Assembly (NCBI GenBank): GCA_002423385.1
Contig: DIVV01000044.1
Coordinates: forward strand, 1 to 46,275
Direction: 5' to 3'
Origin: a bacterium UBP16_UBA6123
GTDB lineage: Bacteria; Muiribacteriota; UBA9980
DNA: 46,275 nucleotides
In this document: in pieces, positions 17,273 through 26,883 of the stretch
How positions within the stretch are numbered: position 1 is the first letter of the stretch
Layout of the letters: each line of letters opens with the position of its first letter
Program-made: the position numbers and the translations under genes
Notes under the pieces: generated by a model
Seen by the model: only the letters and a program-made list of their open reading frames with translations
What the model was told of the DNA's origin: nothing
The model's database searches: none

Positions 17273-18112
17273 ATGTTTAAAAATATATTACTGCCGGTTG
17301 ACGGCTCCGAATACGGTGTTTCACAGCTTCGTCACGCGCTCGACTTTGCCGCTATATACGGCGGTAAAATAACGCTTTTGCATGTAGTAGATATCAAGAT
17401 CGTCGAAGGCCCTCTGCTGCGCGATCTTACCTTTTTATCCGAAGCGGTCACCGATTTCGAGTATCACAACGAAATAAAAAACTCTCTCGAAGAAAAAGGA
17501 AATCTCATACTGCAGAAACTTAGCGCTATTTGTGAAGAAGCCGGCGCGGTTTTTGAAACTAAACTGATACCCGGCATTATTTCAAATACCATTGCCGAAA
17601 ACGCCAGGACGGCCGATCTTGTCATTATGGGCAAGCGCGGTGAAAACGCGAGCTTCGGCAGCAGCGCTTTTTTAGGCTCCGTGGCTGAGGCTTCCACCAG
17701 GCTTTCAAATAAGCCGGTTATGCTCGTCGATGAAACCTATAAAAAGCTGGAAAAAGTTCTTTTCGCCTACGACGGAACTCAATCGGCGAATAAAGCGCTT
17801 CAATTGTTAGCGCAGTTAGTGATAGAGTCTAAATATGACCTTTCGGTTGTAACCGTATCCGATGACGATGTTGACGGAAAAGCCATATTAGACGAGGCTG
17901 TATCCTATCTGGAAACTTACAATATAAAACCCGTGCAGCTTTTAAAGAGCGGCGATGTCGTAAATACGATAATATTAACCGCTGAAGAAGCCGCCTGCGA
18001 CGCCATTATGATGGGCGCTTACGGTCATTCGGCCATTCATCAGATGCTTCTCGGCTCGACTACCACGCTTTTAGTCAGGGCCGCAAAGCTGCCGGTGATT
18101 TTATACCGTTAA
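17273..18112 (+). CDS. Universal stress protein with tandem UspA domains
   Basis: The 279-aa product contains two copies of the UspA fold pattern (ILLPVDGSEYG...LLHVV; VLFAYDGTQSANKAL...MMGAYGHSAIHQMLLGSTT). The RBS is AGGAGG. Confidence 0.85.
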   Translation: MFKNILLPVDGSEYGVSQLRHALDFAAIYGGKITLLHVVDIKIVEGPLLRDLTFLSEAVTDFEYHNEIKNSLEEKGNLILQKLSAICEEAGAVFETKLIPGIISNTIAENARTADLVIMGKRGENASFGSSAFLGSVAEASTRLSNKPVMLVDETYKKLEKVLFAYDGTQSANKALQLLAQLVIESKYDLSVVTVSDDDVDGKAILDEAVSYLETYNIKPVQLLKSGDVVNTIILTAEEAACDAIMMGAYGHSAIHQMLLGSTTTLLVRAAKLPVILYR

Positions 18113-18191
18113 TACGGCCGCCGGAATTTTAAATTTCCGGCCGCCGGTTTTAATAAAGCGTAGCAGGTAAAGTCTGGAACGGAGAATAGTT

Positions 18192-19544
18192 ATGTCAGAT
18201 GAGCAAAGTTACGATGTGGACGAAGGTGAACTTAAAAAGTATAACGCCCTGGTTTATAAGGTGGAACGCGGTTCTATCGCCTTCCGCGCCGGAATCAAGC
18301 CGAAAGACAGGATAATATCGATTAATTCGCATATATTGAGCGATCTTATCGATTATAATTATTGCGTCGGCGATTCTAATATAAAGGTTTTAGTAGAGAG
18401 GGGCCATAACGAGCTTATAGAGTTCGATATTGAAAAAGATTACGATGAAGATCTCGGCGTCGCTTTTGAAAGTCCGGTTTTTGATTCGATAACAAGATGC
18501 GCCAATTCATGTATATTTTGCTTTATGGACCAGATGCCGGGAGATCTTAGAAAATCTCTTTATTTAAAAGATGAAGACTACAGGCTTTCTTTTTTATACG
18601 GCAATTTCATAACGATGACCAGGATGAACGAGCAAGATTTCGAGCGCATTAAATCTTTATATCTTTCGCCGCTTTATATTTCAGTGCATACCACTAACAC
18701 GAAATTGCGCAAGCAGATATTAAAAAGCCATAAAGCCGAAAATATTTTAAAGCAGCTCGAAGAACTCACTTCGTCGGGAATATCGATTCATACTCAAATA
18801 GTTTTAATACCCGAAATAAACGACGGCGACGAATTAGTCAAGACCATAGAAGATCTTTCATATTTTTACCCTCAGCTCGAAAGCATAGGCATCGTGCCTG
18901 TAGGCCTTACTCAGTACCGTGAAGGGCTTACGGCTCTGCGCGAGTTCAGCGAAAAAGAGGCGCGCGCGGTAATCGCCATGATAAAGCCTTATCAAAAAAA
19001 ATTCAGGCGCCGTTTCGATAAAAATTTAATTTATCTTGCGGACGAATTTTACTATAAAGCCGGAGAGCCTCTTCCAGAGGGAAGCGAATACGACGATTAT
19101 CCCCAGTACGAAAACGGCATCGGCATAGCGCGCTATTTTTACGACGAGTACCACTCTAATTTGAGCAAGATACCTTCGAAGATTAAATATCCGAAAAAAT
19201 TCGCGATGGTAACCGGCGAGCTTGGCGCCATGGCTCTTTCTAATATAGTCCACGATCTTAATTCGCGTATCGCGGGCCTCGAAATAAAACTCGAAGCGGT
19301 CGAAAACGCTTTTTTCGGCGGCGGCGTTAATGTAACGGGCCTTCTTACGGGCCGCGATATAATAGCGCATTTTATGAAAAAGCCTAAAGATATTCCAGAA
19401 ACCATAGTTATTCCGTCGGTGATGCTTAACGGCGATATATTCTTAGACGAGGTAACTACAGATTATCTCAGAAATGAACTTTCCACGAATGTGGATATTA
19501 TCGATAATAACTTTAAAAGCCTTCTGGAATACATATTAAAATAA
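18192..19544 (+). CDS. DUF512-family protein (N-terminal PDZ-like domain plus a radical-SAM-like core)
   Basis: A PDZ-like N-terminus (KVERGSIAFRAGIKPKDRIISINSHIL) is followed by a CANSCIFCFMDQMPG Cys cluster. It lies immediately upstream of der, where DUF512 genes are commonly found. Confidence 0.65.
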   Translation: MSDEQSYDVDEGELKKYNALVYKVERGSIAFRAGIKPKDRIISINSHILSDLIDYNYCVGDSNIKVLVERGHNELIEFDIEKDYDEDLGVAFESPVFDSITRCANSCIFCFMDQMPGDLRKSLYLKDEDYRLSFLYGNFITMTRMNEQDFERIKSLYLSPLYISVHTTNTKLRKQILKSHKAENILKQLEELTSSGISIHTQIVLIPEINDGDELVKTIEDLSYFYPQLESIGIVPVGLTQYREGLTALREFSEKEARAVIAMIKPYQKKFRRRFDKNLIYLADEFYYKAGEPLPEGSEYDDYPQYENGIGIARYFYDEYHSNLSKIPSKIKYPKKFAMVTGELGAMALSNIVHDLNSRIAGLEIKLEAVENAFFGGGVNVTGLLTGRDIIAHFMKKPKDIPETIVIPSVMLNGDIFLDEVTTDYLRNELSTNVDIIDNNFKSLLEYILK

Positions 19545-19589
19545 AAAAATGTAATTATAACGAAACAAATTATAGATAAAATAAAATGA

Positions 19590-21197
19590 TTGACGGGTGA
19601 AAGAATGTTAGCAAAAGCTGTAATAATTGGCCGGCCAAACGTTGGAAAATCAACGCTCTTTAACAGGATTATAGGCAAAAGACGCGCGCTCACGCACGAA
19701 ACTCCGTACCTTACGCGCGATGCGCTCATAGAGATTGTCGCATGGAACGAGATGAAGTTTGAAATTATAGATACGGCCGGAATGGATATTAACGTTAAAA
19801 GTAAACTTAATACCAGTATTATAGAATTTTTAAAAGTTTATATCGAAAAAGCCGATCTTATATTTTTCGTAGTTGACGGGTTTTCGCAAATTACTCTGCT
19901 CGACGATCAGATAGTTAATCTGCTTAGAAAATCGGGCAAAAAAATAGCTCTGGTAGTTAATAAGGCCGATGATCCAAAGGCCGTTAAATTAAATTTTGAA
20001 TTCAGCAAGTTCGGTTTTAAAGATATGTTTTTAGTTTCGGCCATTCACGGCAGCGGAGTAGCCGATATTTTAGACTACGCCGCTAATTATTTTAAAGAAA
20101 TTGGCTTTAAGCCCGTCGCTAAAAAAACCGGAGCGTTAAAGCCTATAGTCGATGAAAAAAAACGCGGCCGTTCCGCAAAAGATAGAGACGCCGCTGCAAA
20201 AGCTAATCTTAAATCTAAAAAAACTTCCGGAGTCGATGATTACGCCGAGTATGAAGAAATCGAAGAGTTCGATCCGAAAACCGATATCAACGACGACGAT
20301 CCCGACGCCATTATTGAAAAGCAAAAGCTCGAGCACCGCGGTCTTTTAATAAAAAAAGCCATAGATATAGCGCTTGTCGGCCAGCCTAATTCGGGCAAGT
20401 CTTCTTATTTAAACAATATCCTGGGTTATCAGCGGACGCTTGTATGCGAAGAACCGGGCACCACGCGTGATTCCGTCGATACCCTCATAACTTTCGAAGG
20501 ACGCGAGATCAATTTGATCGATACGGCCGGAGTGCGTAAAAACACTTCTTCTTACGATAATATCGAATTCTATTCGGTCAAGCGCTCGATTGCGAGCCTT
20601 GAAAAGGCCGACGTAGCCATTATTTTAATCGACATTACAAAGGGTATAACCTTTCAGGATAAGCATCTTCTGGACCTTGCCTTCGAAAACGGCAAAGGCG
20701 TGGTTTTAGCTATTAATAAAGTCGATCTTGTCAAAAAAAGCGAGCTGGATAAATTATCTAACGATATCGTCGAATATATCCACAAAGAGTTTCCCGATTC
20801 GGCTAACGCGCCGAAATTTTTTATAAGCGCGCAGAAGGGCACCAATTCTTTCGCCCCTCTTCAAAAAGCCATAGAAATATATGAGAAAGCAGTCAATTCG
20901 GCTATCACTACCTCGGTTTTGAATTCATATCTTACCGAGATCGTTTCGCTGCATCCGCCCGCCTCGTATAAGGGCAAGCCGCTTAAAATTTATTATTCGA
21001 CTATAATAGCGCGCACTCCGCCCACTTTTATTTTATTCGTAAACGATCCGGCTTACGTTTCGCGGGCCTACAAGCGTTATATTATAAATAAATTCAGAGC
21101 CGCTTTCGAGTTCGAGGGTTACCCCGTCCGTCTGGTTTTTAAAAAGAGCCTTTCGCGCGATAAAGCCGTCGAAAGAGGAAGCGGGCGCAGGAGATAA
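19590..21197 (+). CDS. der: Ribosome-biogenesis GTPase Der (EngA) with an extended charged inter-domain linker
   Basis: Two GTPase domains are present (GRPNVGKSTLFNRI...DTAG...NKAD; GQPNSGKSSYLNNI...DTAG...NKVD) followed by a KH-like C-terminus. The alternative start ATG at 19605 gives MLAKAVIIGRPNVGKS. Confidence 0.92.
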   Translation: MTGERMLAKAVIIGRPNVGKSTLFNRIIGKRRALTHETPYLTRDALIEIVAWNEMKFEIIDTAGMDINVKSKLNTSIIEFLKVYIEKADLIFFVVDGFSQITLLDDQIVNLLRKSGKKIALVVNKADDPKAVKLNFEFSKFGFKDMFLVSAIHGSGVADILDYAANYFKEIGFKPVAKKTGALKPIVDEKKRGRSAKDRDAAAKANLKSKKTSGVDDYAEYEEIEEFDPKTDINDDDPDAIIEKQKLEHRGLLIKKAIDIALVGQPNSGKSSYLNNILGYQRTLVCEEPGTTRDSVDTLITFEGREINLIDTAGVRKNTSSYDNIEFYSVKRSIASLEKADVAIILIDITKGITFQDKHLLDLAFENGKGVVLAINKVDLVKKSELDKLSNDIVEYIHKEFPDSANAPKFFISAQKGTNSFAPLQKAIEIYEKAVNSAITTSVLNSYLTEIVSLHPPASYKGKPLKIYYSTIIARTPPTFILFVNDPAYVSRAYKRYIINKFRAAFEFEGYPVRLVFKKSLSRDKAVERGSGRRR

Positions 21198-21209
21198 AAG
21201 TATTTAATT

Positions 21210-21830
21210 ATGGATAATTTAAACGAGCTGATAATATTTTTAGCGGTCAGTTATTTGATCGGGTCCATACCCACCGCTTTTTTATTTGGAAAAATTTTAA
21301 AAAATGTCGATATAAGAAAAGAGGGATCTGGCAATATCGGCGCTTCGAACGCCTTTCGCGTGCTTGGCGCTAAAATAGGCGTTTTAGTGATGATCTTCGA
21401 TATTTTCAAGGGTTTTTCCCCTCTATATCTGGCTAAAGTTAAAATGACGCCCTGCGCCCGTTTTGAAATGTATCTTCTGATAATAGGGCTGGCGGCCGTT
21501 TTAGGACATATGTTCCCGTTGTTTTTAAAGTTTAAGGGCGGCAAGGGCGTTGCGACTACCGCCGGTGTTTTTCTGGCGCTCGCGCCCAAAGCGACCGGCC
21601 TTTGCATATTGATGTGGTTTTTGTTAGTCGCGATATCTAAAATGGCTTCGGTGGGATCGCTTGCGGCTGCGGCCGCGCTTCCTTTCGCCGTTTATTATAT
21701 CGAAGGCGCCTCGCTTTTTTTAACTTCGGTTTCAGCGGTGATAGGGCTTCTTGTAATAATAATGCACCGTAAAAATATTAAAAATTTAATCGCGGGAACC
21801 GAACTTAAGATTAATTCAAAAATTAAATGA
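21210..21830 (+). CDS. plsY: Glycerol-3-phosphate acyltransferase PlsY (acyl-phosphate dependent)
   Basis: GSGNIGASNAFRVLG and FKGGKGVATTAG motifs are present in a polytopic membrane protein. Confidence 0.93.
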   Translation: MDNLNELIIFLAVSYLIGSIPTAFLFGKILKNVDIRKEGSGNIGASNAFRVLGAKIGVLVMIFDIFKGFSPLYLAKVKMTPCARFEMYLLIIGLAAVLGHMFPLFLKFKGGKGVATTAGVFLALAPKATGLCILMWFLLVAISKMASVGSLAAAAALPFAVYYIEGASLFLTSVSAVIGLLVIIMHRKNIKNLIAGTELKINSKIK

Positions 21831-21846
21831 AGAAAAAATAAAGCTG

Positions 21847-22887
21847 GTGGTTGTCAGAATGAGTGTTTCGCAAACGGTTTCGATAATAGGCGCGGGTGCG
21901 TGGGGAACTACGCTGGCCTCGATGATCGCTCGTAAGGGCATTAAGGTGAAAATCTGGGCCTATAAAAAAGAAACCTGTGAAGATATTAATAAATTTCGTG
22001 AAAATCGGGAGTTTTTACCGGGAATAGCCGTCGCAGAAAGCGTTTCAGCTTCAGGCGATCTCGAATTCGTTTTAAGCGGCTCACGCTTTGTCGTGCTGGC
22101 TTCGCCGTCTCATACGCTTCGGCCGTTATTAAAAAAAATGGCGCCTTACCTGAGCGGTAAAAATGATTTTATATCGGTTGTTAAGGGCATCGAAGAAAAA
22201 ACTTTTTTAAGCGTATCGCAGCTTGTAGAGCAGGAATTCGAATCTATTGCCGGGCTGGAAAAAATAAAAAACAAAATAGCGGTGGTTTCGGGGCCAAATC
22301 TCGCCCGTGAAATCGCGGCCGGCCTGCCGTCTTCGACAGTGGCCGCGGCCAGGTCAAAAAAATTAAGGGACGAAGTCCAGTTGCTTTTATCCAACAATCG
22401 TTTTCGCGTATATACCTCCGATGATGTCGCCGGGCTCGAATTCGGCGGTTCGCTCAAGAATATAATGGCCATAGGCGCGGGAATTTGCGACGGTTTGAAT
22501 TACGGCGATAACACCAAATCGGCGTTTCTGACCAGGGCGCTTCGTGAAATGGTTATGATAGGCGAGTTGCGCGGAGCGCGCCGCGACACTTTTTACGGTT
22601 TATCGGGCGTGGGCGATCTTTTCGCTACGAGTTTTTCAAAATATTCACGCAACCGTTCGTTCGGCGAGAAATTAGCCCGCGGAATGAGCCGCGCCGAAGC
22701 GGAAGGCGCGATAACCGGAATAGCCGAGGGTGTGCATACTGCCCGCGCCGCTTATCTTTTTGGCCGGAAAGAAAAATTGGAATTTCCGGTGATAAATGAA
22801 ATATATTGCATAATTTACGAGCAGAAGGAGCCGGCCGAATCGGTGATGGCGCTTATGACAAGAACCCTTAAGGGCGAGTGCGAGTGA
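21847..22887 (+). CDS. gpsA: NAD(P)H-dependent glycerol-3-phosphate dehydrogenase
   Basis: The Rossmann motif IIGAGAWGTTLA is present and the central and C-terminal regions match GpsA (GLEFGGSLKNIMAIGAGICDGL). The alternative ATG start is at 21859. Confidence 0.93.
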   Translation: MVVRMSVSQTVSIIGAGAWGTTLASMIARKGIKVKIWAYKKETCEDINKFRENREFLPGIAVAESVSASGDLEFVLSGSRFVVLASPSHTLRPLLKKMAPYLSGKNDFISVVKGIEEKTFLSVSQLVEQEFESIAGLEKIKNKIAVVSGPNLAREIAAGLPSSTVAAARSKKLRDEVQLLLSNNRFRVYTSDDVAGLEFGGSLKNIMAIGAGICDGLNYGDNTKSAFLTRALREMVMIGELRGARRDTFYGLSGVGDLFATSFSKYSRNRSFGEKLARGMSRAEAEGAITGIAEGVHTARAAYLFGRKEKLEFPVINEIYCIIYEQKEPAESVMALMTRTLKGECE

Positions 22888-22894
22888 GGTCGAT

Positions 22895-24487
22895 ATGAAA
22901 AAGGCTGATAATAAAGGCTTTGATAACGACGAACTTTATAATGACGGGGCGCGGGAAGACGATTTAAAAGATATTCCGAGCGGCGACGGCGAAGACGATA
23001 CGGAGTGCGAAGGCGGCGGCTATATGATAAGCGGCGGCATCAGGCGCTACGAAACCGCGGGTGAAGCCGGCGAAGAAATCGAAGAACGTGAAACCGCCGC
23101 GAAGAAAATATTCGTTTACCTTTCCTACGCTATAATATTCGCCACTTTAGTAGCGTTATGCTTTTTTTTATACGAGGTTAAGGTAGTTCTTGACGATCCG
23201 TGCGTTCCGAATAACGTTTTTTTTCTTAACGAAAATTTAGGCGGCACTAATTATAAAAATTTAGATCGCGTCGTGTCGGCCATAGCTGATAAAATTGGCC
23301 ACCGTCCTATATATTTGAGTGCCGCCGGAAATAATTTTATGATTTTGCCGGCTAAAGACATCGATTTTAAAATAAATACCGGCCTGATTTGTGATCAGGC
23401 TTTAAAAGTCGGCAATCAGGGCAATTTATTTCAGCGCGTTAAATATAAAATCCGTTTAAAAACGGGTCGTATGAAGTTGAATTTAACCTGCCGTTATTAT
23501 TTCAATCGGACAAAACTGGAGAATTTATCTTCGATTATTGCCGAAAAATTGAATAAGGCCCCGAAAAGCGCCACTATCGTGGAATCTGAAAGTGGATATA
23601 AAAAAATTGAAAGAGATTCGCCCGGCGTTCGTATTTCACACGAAGAAATATACCGGCAGTTAAAAAATGAAATATCGCGCCTTTCTTCAGCGAATTTTGC
23701 AGTGGCGGCTATAGAATACGAACGGATAAAGCCGCCGGTAACGCTTGAAGATAAATTAAACCAGCTTAATTCTAGCGATTTGCTCTCGTCTTTTGAGGCG
23801 GATTATATAAGCGATAATCCGAGCATAAAAAATAACGTAGAAAATGCGGCGCGAATGATAGACGGACTTATTTTAAAACCGCTCGAAGTTTTTTCATTCA
23901 ATAAGTTCATGGGTGCGGTTAAATATAAAAACGAGCGCGACGCGGTTATTTTTAATTCTAACAGGCTCGGTTTTTTCCCCGATGTTTCAGGCGGCGCGGG
24001 CGTGTTCGCTTCCGCTCTTTATAACGCTGTATTGTTTACCCGCGTTGAAATTCTTGAAAGATACAATCACGCCAATTACGACAAAAATTATGCGTATTGT
24101 CCGCCCGGCCGCGACGCGCAGGTTATTTTCGGCTCAAAAGACCTTAAATTTATGTTAAGCAAGAATTCGCAGCCGCTTATTATTTTAAGCCAGGCCGATA
24201 ACAACAGGCTACGCGTGTTGATATACGGTCGGAAGCAGTCCGGCGAAACGATCCAGATCGAAACCGGGGAGGTTAATATAAGCGAGCCGCCGGTTAAGAA
24301 GTTAAAAGATTATTCAATGAAAAAAGGCGAAGAAAAGGTTGAAAATGCAGGACTGCCCGGCTATGAAATAAAAACGGTCAAAATAGTCAGCGTCAACGGC
24401 GAACAGAATTACCGCAGCGTTATATCCACCGATATTTACGCGTCGGTTCCGAAGATAATTAGAATCGGCGATTCCGCTGAAGAATGA
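22895..24487 (+). CDS. Membrane-anchored VanW-domain protein
   Basis: An acidic N-terminus and one TM helix (IFVYLSYAIIFATLVALCFFLY) precede a VanW-like core (GGAGVFASALYNAVLFTRVEILERYNHANY...GRDAQVIFGSKDLKFMLSKNSQPLIILS). Confidence 0.5.
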   Translation: MKKADNKGFDNDELYNDGAREDDLKDIPSGDGEDDTECEGGGYMISGGIRRYETAGEAGEEIEERETAAKKIFVYLSYAIIFATLVALCFFLYEVKVVLDDPCVPNNVFFLNENLGGTNYKNLDRVVSAIADKIGHRPIYLSAAGNNFMILPAKDIDFKINTGLICDQALKVGNQGNLFQRVKYKIRLKTGRMKLNLTCRYYFNRTKLENLSSIIAEKLNKAPKSATIVESESGYKKIERDSPGVRISHEEIYRQLKNEISRLSSANFAVAAIEYERIKPPVTLEDKLNQLNSSDLLSSFEADYISDNPSIKNNVENAARMIDGLILKPLEVFSFNKFMGAVKYKNERDAVIFNSNRLGFFPDVSGGAGVFASALYNAVLFTRVEILERYNHANYDKNYAYCPPGRDAQVIFGSKDLKFMLSKNSQPLIILSQADNNRLRVLIYGRKQSGETIQIETGEVNISEPPVKKLKDYSMKKGEEKVENAGLPGYEIKTVKIVSVNGEQNYRSVISTDIYASVPKIIRIGDSAEE

Positions 24488-24596
24488 TCGATTAAATTAA
24501 AGTTTTTTATATGCTTTTTTAAACCGATTTTGCGCTTTTAAAATATAATGTGTAAAATATAATGTTGACTTTTAAGGGGTGTTTATAGTAGAATAA

Positions 24597-25931
24597 ATGA
24601 AATTTTATCAAGGATGTAAAATGAGACCGGGATGGCCGCATTTACCTATAATTTTAATATTTACGGTTTTTTCAGCTTTAGCGTTTTTTGAAATAAATAC
24701 GGTATGCGCCGAAGAGTACAGATGCCAGAAAACCATTGGCGTTTACGGCACTAAAGATGCCGGTTTGTATTATCCGTGCGGAGTCGCCCTCGATTCCGTC
24801 GGTAATATTTATGTGACCGACTGGCGTAATAAAAAAGTGAGCAAGTTCAATCAGGAAGGCAAGTTTATATTGAACTTCGAGTCGAAAGCTAAAGTTTACA
24901 TGAAGTTGAAAGGCCCCGCCGGAATAGCTATCGATTCCAACGACAATATTTTCGTCGTCGATCAGTACGTCGCTAAAGTGTTTAAATATAATACAAAAGG
25001 CGAATATATCGGTTCTTTCGGTAATTACGGCAGCGCGAGCGGCAAGTTTTTAAATCCGCGCGGCGTGGCCTGCGACGGCAATAATAATATATACGTCGCG
25101 GACTATGATAATTTCAGAGTGCAAAAATTCAGCCCGAAGGGCGAATATATCGGCGAATTTAAATATATGGGCCTGGATACCAGAAAGCTGGCTAAGCCGC
25201 GCGGCGTGGCCTGTGACGCTAATAACAATATTTACGTGGTTTACAGCGATATTAATAAAGTGGCCGTATTTACGCAGGAGGCTAAAATGATCGTCGATTA
25301 CGGCGAAGAAGGCCAACTGCCGGGGCAATTTATGAACCCGCGCTATGTAGCCTGCGATAATATCGGTAATATTTATGTAACTTGCTATAAAAATCACAGG
25401 GTGCAAAAGTTTTCTAAAGATATGAAATTATTGACTTCATTCGGCGAATTCGGTAAAAAATATGAGAATTTTAGAAATCCCGAAGGAATATGCGTGGACG
25501 TATCGGGCAACGTGTTTGTGGCGGACGCTCTTAACGACAGGGTTTCAAAGTGGGAGCCGGAAGAATATATAAAGCATTTAAACTGGGCGGCGTTATTTGA
25601 AAAAAAGGCAATGCTCGCCGATGCGATAAAAGAATATAACGATATTTTAAAAATACGGCCGCAGGATGCTAAAATTACTGCGGCGATAATAGAGTTAAGC
25701 CTTAAAGCCGCAAAAAAATGTCAGCTCGATAAAGATATCGAAGGCGCCAAAAAATATTACGCGGAAGTGCTTAAATTAAATTCACTAAATGAAGTGGCCA
25801 TAAGGGAAATCAAAGATCTTCAGGAAGGCGGCCGCGAGAAGAAAGAAGAGAAGAAGCAAAATTTCGTGATAGGGCTTTTAGTCGTTCTCGCTGTTTTGAT
25901 CTCGATGATTATGACGTTTAAAAACGTGTGA
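24597..25931 (+). CDS. NHL-repeat beta-propeller protein with a TPR-like segment and a C-terminal TM anchor
   Basis: Six NHL-type repeats are present (PCGVALDSVGNIYVTDWRNKKVSKF; PAGIAIDSNDNIFVVDQYVAKVFKY; PRGVACDGNNNIYVADYDNFRVQKF and further copies). The likely start is the ATG at 24621 (MRPGWPHLPIILIFTVFSALA signal/TM). The C-terminal hydrophobic tail is FVIGLLVVLAVLISMIMTF. Confidence 0.7.
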   Translation: MKFYQGCKMRPGWPHLPIILIFTVFSALAFFEINTVCAEEYRCQKTIGVYGTKDAGLYYPCGVALDSVGNIYVTDWRNKKVSKFNQEGKFILNFESKAKVYMKLKGPAGIAIDSNDNIFVVDQYVAKVFKYNTKGEYIGSFGNYGSASGKFLNPRGVACDGNNNIYVADYDNFRVQKFSPKGEYIGEFKYMGLDTRKLAKPRGVACDANNNIYVVYSDINKVAVFTQEAKMIVDYGEEGQLPGQFMNPRYVACDNIGNIYVTCYKNHRVQKFSKDMKLLTSFGEFGKKYENFRNPEGICVDVSGNVFVADALNDRVSKWEPEEYIKHLNWAALFEKKAMLADAIKEYNDILKIRPQDAKITAAIIELSLKAAKKCQLDKDIEGAKKYYAEVLKLNSLNEVAIREIKDLQEGGREKKEEKKQNFVIGLLVVLAVLISMIMTFKNV

Positions 25932-25964
25932 GTTTTTTTAATATAATTTGATTGGAGAGCTATA

Positions 25965-26444
25965 ATGGTATTGTTTGAAAATCAGCTCTATATAGAGTTT
26001 CCATCAAAAAAAGATTTTATAGATTTTGTGTCGAATAAGGTTATTTCATCTATTAACACTATCGCGCAGGAAGTTCATTCACAAAATATAAACGACGAAA
26101 CTTCCATGCCTCAAGATTTGAATATTTTCGGCTTTGGCATGAATCTTTCCATAGATGAAGCTCTTAAAAATGCTATAGTGCATGGAAACCGGGTCGATCC
26201 CCTGAAAAAAGTCGCGCTATCCTACTATATCAATTCGGAAAAACTCGAAATAATAGTCAGGGACGAAGGGATCGGTTTCGATCATAAAAATTATAAGGCA
26301 AATCAGGAAATTGACGCGGAAGCCGGGCGCGGGCTTCTTTTAATCAATAACTTTATGGATGAAATAAAATTTAATGAATCTGGAAATGAAATTACAATGA
26401 TTAAATATTTAGGAAAAAGTAAAACGGCAAGGGAGGACTTTTAA
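25965..26444 (+). CDS. Anti-sigma regulatory factor / Ser-Thr protein kinase of the partner-switching family (RsbW/SpoIIAB-like HATPase)
   Basis: The HATPase_c N-box and G-boxes are present (ALKNAIVHGN...IIVRDEGIGFD...GRGLLLINNFMDEIKF). The product is 159 aa. Confidence 0.75.
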   Translation: MVLFENQLYIEFPSKKDFIDFVSNKVISSINTIAQEVHSQNINDETSMPQDLNIFGFGMNLSIDEALKNAIVHGNRVDPLKKVALSYYINSEKLEIIVRDEGIGFDHKNYKANQEIDAEAGRGLLLINNFMDEIKFNESGNEITMIKYLGKSKTAREDF

Positions 26445-26785
26445 TGGAAATAACCACCAAAGACTGTAACGATGTGAAGGTGGTCAGCTTTAAAGGCCGA
26501 ATTGTCTATGATACCGAAGAAATAGTTAAGCGTGAAACTGAAAAATTAGTGAAAGGCACGGTTAAAAACTTAGTTTTTAACTTCGGCGAGCTGACTTATA
26601 TTAACTCGTCAGGACTCGGGCTTTTGATTAACGTTTTAAAGCAGATTCGCGCGGCGAAAGGCGACGTAAAACTTTCCAATCTCCGACCAGAATTAATGGA
26701 ATTGTTTAAAATCACCAGTTTGAATTCGGTTTTCGACATATCGCCCGATGAAGAAACGGCTGTTAATAAATTCGTTAAAAAATAG
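26444..26785 (+). CDS. STAS-domain anti-sigma-factor antagonist (RsbV/SpoIIAA-like)
   Basis: The STAS fold carries the conserved phosphorylatable Ser context (LTYINSSGLGLL). Its start overlaps the kinase stop by 1 nt. Confidence 0.8.
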   Translation: MEITTKDCNDVKVVSFKGRIVYDTEEIVKRETEKLVKGTVKNLVFNFGELTYINSSGLGLLINVLKQIRAAKGDVKLSNLRPELMELFKITSLNSVFDISPDEETAVNKFVKK

Positions 26786-26883
26786 CTTTTTGATTCATAA
26801 TTTATTGTATCCGGCCCGGCAATGTTATTAAATTGCCGGCGCTGTTTTCTGTTATATTTATGCTGAAATGAGGATAATTATTA

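Noticed and set aside
6446-21859. Alternative upstream GTG/TTG starts used by the ORF track for rplJ (6446), the aminotransferase (15898), gpsA (21847), rfbA (41897) and the MCP (33067)
   Set aside because: In each case the upstream start overlaps the Shine-Dalgarno sequence or the preceding gene, and an in-frame ATG with proper RBS spacing lies a few codons downstream. For gpsA the evidence is ambiguous, so the ORF-track coordinate was kept.
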